A stretch of DNA of 62,048 nt, the filler included, from Trichosphaerium sp. ATCC 40318 (lineage: Eukaryota > Protista > Tubulinea), in the NCBI GenBank assembly GCA_038496445.1. It is 3 parts of 3 records of this genome, joined end to end, with 100 filler letters (N's around TTAATTAATTAA, not from the genome) between each part and the next. Parts side by side here need not be neighbours in the genome. Positions count along the whole stretch, not along the records: positions 52,098 to 62,048 come from JALMLS010000530.1; 2 more parts are not named here. One strand, 5' to 3'. The notes beneath the pieces are model-generated. The model was not told the DNA's origin and searched no databases. It saw only the letters and a program-made list of their open reading frames with translations. The first letter of the stretch is position 1. The number at the start of each line of letters is the position of its first letter. Positions 52,582 through 62,048 of the stretch are shown here, in pieces. The position numbers and the translations under genes were made by a program.

Positions 52582-55500
52582 TCATATACTGTGTTCATTT
52601 TTTTGCAATTCTTTTTCTTTTTTTCTTTGTTGGTTGGCCTTTTGGTGGTTTTCCAGGCTTTCTCTTTTTTTGTGTTTTCCTTGGAGATATTCGCTGTATA
52701 TCAGGTCCTTTTTGCACATCTTTTTCTTCTTCTTCATCATCATCTTCATTTTCACTGTCATTTTCACTTTCATCATAACTTGGTGTATGTTCTATTTGCC
52801 TTTGTGATTGTATAAAAGGAGTACCTAATATTATAAATATGGATATATTTTGTATTACTTACTAGAAATAAGTTTTTGATATGCAACATTGCTAGGATGT
52901 ACATCAATTGTGATTTGCACAACATTTGAATCTTCTGGTTTTGAATAAGAAACAAATTCTCCAATTTCCAATATTTTATCTATAACCATTGTCATTTGTT
53001 CTTCAACATTTTTAGATTGAGATGGCTCAAACATAGAATCTGTATTTTTTTTTGAAACATCATCAATGTTTTGTTCAGAATCTGAAGGATTAAATTCATT
53101 ATCTTCTCTGTCATGTTCTGTTGATGATGAAGATGACTCATCTTCTTCCTCTTTCTGTTTTGTTTTTCTACTTGATGTTTTTTGTGCCTTTGTAGAGGTT
53201 CTTTTTGTTGAACTTGAAGTGTTTACATCTTGCATATCCACATCATCATCATCATCAACAACAATATCAGCATTTTCGCTGGATTTATTAGATTGATGAG
53301 AATCTTTTTTGTCTTTTAAGTAATTATCATATACTTTTACTTTGGCTACAAATAGTTATGTATTTAAATGTATAAAATGATGTTTTACCTGCCAATGTTG
53401 TCTTGTCTTTACCATAATGTTTGCTCCAATGAGATGTAGCAGCTTTTTCATGGTCAGTTAATGGTTTTCTGCTTTGTCTAGCTGACTTTGTTTGTTTCTG
53501 CTTTTTTTCCTTGTATTTCTTCATATTTTCAATAACTCTGCTATGAAGTGTTTTTCCTAGTATATATTTAGTATTAATATTATAAATTGAAAGTGTATAC
53601 TAATATGCTTGTGCTCAGAATAATAGCTGTCATATGCTTGTAAGCAATTATAACCCATTGCCACTGTTACTGAATCATTTGAATAGTTTAATTCCTCTGT
53701 GCTTTTTCTTTTTGTTGAGCCAAAGGATGGTCTTTATCTTTTGCTGGTGGCCAACCTTCTGCAGGAGGAAATAATAGGGTGGGGTCAAATGTGTATAGCC
53801 TTTTTAGGTGATTTGTATCATCTAAAGCCATGATATCTCTGTGTGTTAAAGGGTCTTGTTTCAAGTGTGTTTTAACAAAGTCCCATAACTACAAATATAT
53901 GTTAATATTGTGTTATTGAAAAAAATTGTACAGCTTCTAGTGTGTTTTTTGCATTTATGTATTGTTTAAACTTCTGTTTAGCTTTGGGATCACATGTATA
54001 CTGTCTATTTCCAACAGCTTTTAAAAACTAAACATATTAATAAGTACAACATATTAACTTTTTTCTACAAATCAGTTTGACATGTTAATAAAACATAGAA
54101 AGATATATTACGTAAACGGATCGGTTCGATCCGTTGGCGAAACATTATAAGATATATTACGTATACGGATCGGTCCGATCCGTTGACGAAACATTATAAG
54201 ATATATTACGTAAACGGATCGGTCCGATCCGTTGATAAAACAGCACGTATTTTATTACAAATTTAGTTTTGCTAATGTTTGAACTTTGTACGTACTGCTA
54301 TTCTCATCCTTTTAGGAGCTTTAGCCCAAAATATATCTCCAAACCATCTTTGATTAAAGCCTGTAGGCAGTCTATTTAACTATAGAGATAGTTAGTAGTT
54401 ATGTGCATGTGCAACTATTTGTACTGAGGTTGCTTGTAAACCCATCAATTCAATAAGATCTTTATCTATACCATGCAAAAAAGCCCCTCCTCTTACAATC
54501 AATTTAAACTCTCTGGGAGTTCTTACTAGGTTTGACACTCCAAGATCACAAAAGTTATACACCTAAACTATTAGTACAATAGAAAATAAAAATAATCTTA
54601 CTGATTGAAAAGTTACACCAGGTTTTTTAGGAGACTTTCTTGTCACAGAAAAATCGCCATTCTACATTTAGTTAAATGATATGATTTATATTGATATCGT
54701 ACTTTTTCTAATCCATACTGTTCACAAAATTTATCATAACAAAATATCATTTTATCTAAAAGATGACTATCTTTTGTGGCCTGTCCCAATTTGTTCCATG
54801 CTGCACAAAAGGATATAATGCTATTTAATCTCACACGCACAGACAACCAACCCACAGTTTTTAATTGAAAATCCTTTTTCAAAATACTAAAATAAATATT
54901 AGTTATTGTGTATGAGTATTTGTACCATAAAGATGCTAGTAAACCATGAGAGCCATCACCAAGACAAAAACCAGGATGAACTTGAGGTTTTCCTTTCCTT
55001 CCACCTGGTACATATAAAGTGCCACTTTCGACCAATAATATTTTTCTATTGTGTGGTGGACTTGCTTCTGTAGCTGCTGCCATTTGTAATAAAAAGTTCT
55101 CTAAATTAAAACCTCTGACTGGTAAAAAGCACACAAGGTCTGACATTGATGGAACTGTCAAACTTTTTGCTTTTTCTGCCGGTGTGTATGTTTTATTACT
55201 GATATCAATAAAATGATCATCTTCGTCAAATAATTCTTGGTAATTATCAGGTAATGTAAAACAACTTGGGCCAGTTGTCATCAAATACCTATAGTAGATT
55301 AACTAATTGTAATAAACTAATACATACTTTTGATAATTATCTGTCTCTTTCATAGTTGATATCATCAAAGACTTTCTGTAGTATTTCATTAAAAACCCTT
55401 TATAGTGGTTACCATTAGCAAGTTGTAGACCAACAGCTTTTGGAAATAGTTCAAGTTTGATTAGAAGACTCCAAATGTGCTTTCTTCTGGAAAATCGTGT

Positions 55501-56550
55501 AAAAAAGGCTTCATCTGTCTCAGCTGCTTTTCTTTTAACAGGGTTAAACCACCTTTTTGGAGATGCTTTATAATCTGATTGTATGGCATCTATAAATTCA
55601 ATTGGTTGTTTGTTATTTGTAAGAAATGGTAAGTGTGCCTAACTCAATTAGTATAGCCTGATATGGTAATACTTACTCTTATATCATTAATAAAGTTTTT
55701 GTCCTCTTTAATTTTAACCTCTAATTCCTCTAATGTCTCACCAAAACATTTACATAATAAGGTCTCGAATACACTCCATGGCATCAATTTTGCAAAAAGA
55801 CCTGTAGCACCTTTGTGATATTCACTATAAATGAGTGAGTATATATATTATAATGTATTGACTTACATAAACCCATATCTTTCACCATTACCATCCACTA
55901 CAGCACCATATTGAGTTATATATTCTTGTAGCTTTCTGGAAGTGTCATAATGATCTTCTTTTGCAATACAAAGCCAACCCTCTCCTAATAAAGATATTAA
56001 ATCAAATATAAAAAAAATAAATAATATTATGATAATGGATCGGACCGATCCGTTTACGAAACAAACAAATATATATTTCGAAAATGGATCGGTCCGATCC
56101 ATTTACGAAACAAAAATAAATATATTTCGATAATGGATCGGTCCGATCCGTTTACGAAACAAAAATAAATATATTTCGATAACGGATCGGACCGATCCAA
56201 CTATCAAAAATTATTTTTATAATTTATATATAAAATATAAATATATTTAAAAAGAATATTTTGGTGATGGATCGGTCCGATCCAAATATAAAACAAAAAA
56301 AATTTTGTTTTACTAACGGATCGGTCCGATCCGTTGTCAAAATATAATATTATATGTTATATATAACATAAAAACTTAAGTCAGCAAAAGTAAACATTCA
56401 ATGAATTCTATAAAATTTCTCAAAATCAAAAAACTCTTCAAATTGATTTCTTTTAGGCTTATTAGCCTTAAATTAATTTTAAAAGCTTAATTTTAAAGGT
56501 TTTAAATTTATTTGAGTACCTATTTTATCTTTTAGCTCTTTAGCTGCCAT
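52582..56550 (-). CDS. Large multi-exon hypothetical protein with acidic/basic low-complexity C-terminus
   Basis: First exon MAAKELKDKI|GTACTC, then ORF segments (55863-55985, 54643-55284, 53327-53524, 52855-53241) separated by short introns. Confidence 0.55.
54100..54240. repeat. 3 x 49-bp tandem repeat with palindromic core ACGGATCGGWCCGATCCGT
   Basis: Units begin at ~54100, 54149 and 54198. Confidence 0.9.
56033..56335. repeat. 6 copies of the same palindrome (first four at 49-bp period)
   Basis: GGATCGGWCCGATCC at ~56037, 56086, 56135, 56184, 56269 and 56318. Confidence 0.9.
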
Positions 56551-56979
56551 TTTGTTCCCTGAGGCTTCCTGAGTGTGTGATGTCTTCAAGGCTAGCTGTA
56601 TGTGCCTTGCTGTGCTTCTCATCAATTAATCAAAGTCAAAATAAGTTCGTCGTCCGCGATATTTTCATAACAGAGAATACTATGTTATGAAGTTACTATG
56701 ATTCGACTTAGGCATTTTTTTTGGTTTTTTTTTGAATATTGAACTTTTATTAAAAAAATAATGTACAAAAAATATAATGAATTGGAGAGAAAAACTTATA
56801 TCATAGAAATTTGTTTGTTTAGTAATTAATTATAAACATACAAAACTATATTATAAGGAAAAAAACTGATTTTTTCACAAATCCTAACTTTGTTCCTTGA
56901 CTTTCCATGACTGTACCAATGCACACGCTTGTTACACACTCATATACAAAGACATTCCACTTTTACCCGAACAAAATAC

Positions 56980-58470
56980 AGCTACTATGCCATCACTTTC
57001 TTTTTGGCTACTATGCCATTTCACTATTTTTGGCCACTATGTCATCCCTTTCTTTGGCTAATATGCCATCACACTTTCTTTGGCTAATATGCCATCACAC
57101 TTTTTTTGGCTACTATGTTATCACACTATCCCTCGACTACTATGTCATCACATTTTCTTTGGCTACTATGCCATCACTTTCTTTTTGGCTATTATGCCAT
57201 CTCACTATCTTTGACTACTACGTCATCACACTTTATATGCCATCACACTTTTTTTGGTTACTATGTTATCACACTATCCTTCGGCTACTATGTTATCACA
57301 CTATCCCTCGACTACTATGTCATCACACTTTCTTTGGCTACTATGCCATCACTTTCTTTTTGGCTACTATGCCATTTCACTATTTTTGGCCACTATGTCA
57401 TCACTTTTTTTGGCTAATATGCCATCACACTTCTTTTGACTACTATGACATCACATTATTCTTTGACTACTATGTTATTGCACTTTGACTATTATACTAT
57501 TTTTTTCTTTGGCTACTATGTCATCACACTATCTTTGGCTACTGTGCCATCACCCTTTTTTTGGCTACTATGCCATCTCACTATCCTTCAACTACTATGT
57601 TATCTCACTATTTTTGGCTATTACGTCATCACACTCTCTTTGGCTATTACGCCATAACCCTTTTTTTGGCTACTATGCCATCTCACTATCCTTGGCTACT
57701 GTGCCATAACCCTTTTTTTGGCTACTACACCATCTCACTATCCTTCAACTATTATGTCATCTCACTATTTTTGGCTATTATGCCACCACACTTTCTTTGG
57801 CTAGTACACCATCACACTTTTTTTGGCTACTATGCCATCACTCTTTCTTTGGCTACTGCGCCATCACTTTTTCTTTGGCTATTATGCCATCATTCTTTCT
57901 TTGGCTATTATGCCATCACATTATCTTTGACTATTACGTCATCACACTCTCTTTGGCTATTACGCCATAACCCTTTTTTTGGCTACTATGCCATCTCACT
58001 ATCTTTGGTTACTGTGCCATCACACTTTTTTTGGCTACTATGCCATCTCACTATCCTTCAACTACTATGTTATTTCACTATTTTTGGCTATTACGTCATC
58101 ACACTCTCTTTGGTTACTATGTCATCACTTTTTCTTTGGCTATTACACCATCACACCATCTTTGACTACTATGCCATCTCACTATCCTTCAACTATTATG
58201 TCAATCTCACTATTTTTGGCTACTACGCCATCACTTTTTTTTTAGTTATTACGCCATCTCACTATCATTGGCTATTATACCATCTCACTATCCTTCAACT
58301 ACTATGTTATCTCACTATTTTTGACTACTATTTCATCACTTTCTCTTTGGCTACTACTCCATAACTCTTTCTTTGGCTATTATGCCATCACATTATCTTT
58401 GACTACTATGTCACCACACTCTTTTTGGCTATTATGTCGTCACACTCTTTTTGGCTACTATGTTATCTCT
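56980..58470. repeat. Minisatellite, ~24-26-bp unit TTTGGCTACTATGCCATCACAC(T)n
   Basis: Continuous imperfect tandem units over ~1.5 kb with higher-order blocks and no unique spacers. Confidence 0.93.
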
Positions 58471-58539
58471 CTTTTTTTAATTACTAATGTATTTTTATGA
58501 CCATTTTTGCTACACCATAATATATAATGATGCAATAGA

Positions 58540-59055
58540 TTGATTCAAAACACAAAAATGCATTTAGCATTTTTGTACTTACCCATGATGGCCTTTAAAT
58601 AAATAAAAAAATTATCAGTAGTAAATTGTAAAATTACAATGTCAAAAAGTAGTAACGAGACTTGTAAGGAAAAAAATGCACAATGTCAACTCTATCCTAA
58701 TGTAATTTTATGCGTGGTTTTAATGTAACATAGTATAAAATAAAGCTATTGATTGATTCAAGTGCGAAAATGCCTTCGGCATTTCCGCACCTACTCGTGA
58801 TGGCCCTTGGATAAAATAATTATCAGTAATGAAACTTGTAATAAAAAAAATATGTTATGTCAACTCAGCCCTAACCCTAACCCTACCTCAATAGTAGTAA
58901 ATCGTAAGCTTGTAAGGAAAAAAATACACAATGTCAACACAACCCTAGCATAATTTTATGCACGTATTTAATGCTACATAGCATAGGATGAAGCGCCATA
59001 TTAATTCAGGCACGAAAATGCCTTCGGCATTTCCGCACCTACCCGCGATGGCCTG
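58540..59055. repeat. Three diverged copies (~210-250 bp period) of a hairpin-containing unit
   Basis: ATTCA...AAAATGCCTTCGGCATTTCCGCACCTAC..GATGGCC at ~58755 and ~59004, with a degenerate copy at ~58542. Confidence 0.75.
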
Positions 59056-59254
59056 TATGGGGCGATATTCAGTGAACGAAAATCACATAGTCCCTAACCC
59101 TACATTTTATGCTTTACAATCTTCTTTACCAAGATTTTTTGAAAATCATTTCAGTTTTCTATCTTGGATTTTACAAATATTCCACCAATCATATTGGACC
59201 TCATATTATTCCACTATTTTTTTGTATTTTGTATTTTGTAACCGAAATTTTCAC

Positions 59255-62048
59255 ATGGAACCACACCTCCATGCCAATTCTATCTTTGGCTTTTATAAGC
59301 CTAATGCTTCTGTATCTGACTCTAATCATGATTCTCATGATTCTATCTCTGATTCTCCTGATTCTCTCTCTGATTCTCTCTCTGCTTCTCTTGAACCTGA
59401 ATCTGATTCTGATTCTGATTCTTTGCCAACAGCTTCTCCTTCATCTTCTCCATTTCCAACCAACAACCAGCCCTCTCCAACCCCTTCAACCAACCATGAC
59501 CCTTCCTCTCCTATTCCAACCCAGGCAACTCCTAATTCTTCTTCTATAGTGTTTTGTCCTTCTACTACTTCTGAAATAGTACAACCTGCTTTCTTTGAAA
59601 CCAATGATTATCTGCCATTTGCTGCAAAGTATGACATGAAAAAAGGCAGAATTGGAAGGCCCAACTATGAAAAAGAAGCTCTCTTTGATACTTGGCCTTC
59701 TGTACTTGATTTTAGACAAAGTGTTATGAATATAAGAGGAGAGGTATATGGTGAAGAGCATTTGATGCAAATACAGCACAATCAAATCAAGAAAAACAAC
59801 ACTTATGGCAATATTGATCAAGACATTGGCAGAGTAAGACAGTTTTTCTACTTTTGCAAATGTGCAGCCATGGAAGCAGGACAACAAGTGTCTGAAGCTC
59901 ACTTTCACTCTAAAAGGTGCTTCTCTCTCTCTTTCTCTCTCTTTTTTCCTTTTTGTATTAAAGTTCGAGCGATTTTTAAACACGGTTTTTAAGTGTTCGT
60001 ATTTCGACACGCCCCGCGCCTGTTCTTTTATCTTTCACATTAAAAATCATCTTCTCTAGCTTTTTTGTATTGAAACTCAAACTATTTTAAAACACATCTT
60101 TCAAGTGTTCACTTTTACCACACCGAGCTCGCGGTCTCGTTTCGCACACGCCCCGCGCCTGTTCTTTTACCTTTTGCATTAAAATTATGCTCTCTAGCTT
60201 TTTTGTATTGAAACTCAATCTATTTTAAAACACATCTTTCCAAGTGTTCACTTTTACCACACCGAGCTCGCGGTCCCGTTCCGCACACGCCCCGCACCTG
60301 TTCGCTAACCTTTCGCTTAGTTTCTTGGAGCACTATGTCCAATTGTTGGTTGTTTTGAAATATTGTAAAACATCCATCACCAAGAGCTTTGAGTCCTTGC
60401 AAAGATGCTACACCAGAATCCACTTGCATTTTGATTGCAAGTATCAAGATATAATGGATGATTTTGACAATGACAGTGAACAAGCTACCAAGTGCAGAAC
60501 CCACAAGAGAAAGCTGCTTGATGTTATAGATACTTGCACCAGAATCACCAAAAGAAGGAGGTTGTTATCCTTAACTGTGCCTAGAAAAGTGACTTCAAGC
60601 ATCACAAGAGTCAACCAAGGCAAAAGCATGATTCTTACAGAGTTTCAAACCTTCATTCTCTTTCTTTTCAGACAGTTGATAAAATATGCTGATTTAATTG
60701 AAAGAACCAAGCTCAAAGCCACTCACTACATTGACAGAGTTATTCTACACAGCAATCAAATCAAAGATGCAGCATTTGAATACCAGAGATATCTCATCAC
60801 TCTTTGTGTTATGCTTTCTGGTGGACAGAGAAGACAAGTTGTTGCCAATATAAAAGTGGCTGATTTAAAATTCAGACCAGGTGATAAATCTCTTGAGTTT
60901 GCTCTCAGTGTTGAAAAGAAGCAAAGGAGAAACAACTCCATGGCTCTCTCTGTACGTTCGACGCGTTTCATCTTCGCACACGCGTTTCGCGTGTTCGGCT
61001 TTGGACCGCGAGCTCGCGGTCGCATTCGAACACGTTAAAACTCTGTTCGTTTTTTGTACTTTTCACTCGTCCTGACTTGCTTTTGTCTGTAGATGGATAA
61101 CAAGCTGTACACTTATGTTGCTTTGTGGTACAACAACTATAGAAAGCTGCTGGTTGATGTTAATGCCACCCATCCTGTTCTTCAATTTTGGGTAAACAAA
61201 ATAGGCACTCCAATGGGCAACAATTCAATAAGTAAGATGGTCAAACATGTTGGAAAGAAATTCAATCCTTTTGTCACCAACCTCTCTTGCTCCACTGTAA
61301 GGCACATTACTTTGACCAAACTCTTTGCTGGAGAGTATGCTAGCCATTGCCCTGCTGTCAACTTTCAAAGCTTGGGTATGGAGATAACCAGACTTCTCAA
61401 CACTTCCTTAAAGACTGCCAACAAATACTACAATGACTTTGACTCTCAATATAAGATGAGTATGGGTTTTTTGGTTTTTTTTTTTTCTTTTTAGAAACTC
61501 ACCCTTTTTTTTTTTTGTAGAGCCACATTAACAATGATCAATAAAGAAGCTTTGGAACCTATTGCTGATGCCATAGAAATTCCTGAACACTTGGAAGAGC
61601 TCATTGACAAAACCAAACTTCCAGCCATAGTGAGAGACACACTGTCCAGGCCTGTTCGAGTAGATCCAGACCTACAAAATGCTGTGTCTGAAAAAGATGT
61701 CTCTTTTTATGAACCTGAAGGGGCCAAAACTGTGCTTTACCACCAAAGTACTTACTTTTACCACTATTGATACAATAGATAGATTGCTTTTTATTTTTTA
61801 CTGAGTTTTTTTTTTTTTTTGTAGATGCACATAAGTTATCCAAAATAATGGCTGTCTTTAAAAATACACAAGGAGAATTGACATGCAAGGTACAGTTAGC
61901 AGACAAATCCATTACTGTTTGGCCTTTTGAAAAGGTGGCCAAACACAACATGGCTGATTTGCAACAAGCCATGTTGAAGGAGCTTCAAGAGAGAGATGAC
62001 AACTATGAGCTTGTCAAAGCAGAGCTAAAAAAAGCCCAAAACCAGGAA
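59255..62048 (+). CDS. Spliced tyrosine recombinase (Crypton-like) with downstream chromo/chromoshadow-like segment; runs off the window
   Basis: Exons ~59255-59916, 60321-60951, 61093-61459, 61521-61747 and 61825 onward. Motifs: GGQRRQVVANI (R), EKKQR (K), CSTVRH (R), LNTSLKTANKYY (Y). Confidence 0.72.

Noticed and set aside
54940-55045. ParB/Srx-like motif (GDGSHGLLA) in the unknown gene
   Set aside because: Lacks the conserved Arg of DGxHR; too short to support a call.
56980-58470. CRISPR array, or coding ORFs (56907-58364) in the minisatellite
   Set aside because: Units are contiguous with no unique spacers, there are no cas genes and the context is eukaryotic. The ORFs are repeat translations in several frames.

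Overview
AT-rich, intron-rich eukaryotic (protist-like) DNA in three scaffolded contigs. N-gaps with TTAATTAATTAA linkers lie at ~23100-23199 and ~51998-52097. Host genes include the 3' end of a METTL2/6-like gene, RTF1, an STK16-like kinase, BolA, a filamin-repeat protein, a bacterial-type lysyl-endopeptidase-like protease and small secreted proteins. These are interspersed with an F-box-LRR / F-box-MORN gene family. Four mobile elements can be delimited to the base. (1) A 5.5-kb Sola-like DNA transposon (8594-14098, GATA TSD) disrupts an F-box-MORN gene. (2) A full-length non-LTR retrotransposon lies on the minus strand (33848-45936, 14-bp TSD TGAAGTAGAATTGT). (3, 4) Two related CAGGTCT-ended non-autonomous elements with 2-bp TSDs are nested inside it. 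Once these are removed, the retrotransposon shows an unusual architecture: signal-peptide-like start, ORF1/RRM-like region, several hydrophobic segments, a ubiquitin-like domain ending LVGG, then APE-RT-RNase H-zinc knuckle. This is the best candidate for a new system. The last contig holds a CpG-poor block with a spliced tyrosine recombinase, a minisatellite and palindrome arrays. A putative U12-type GT-AT intron interrupts the kinase catalytic loop. All domain calls are by eye; no searches were run.
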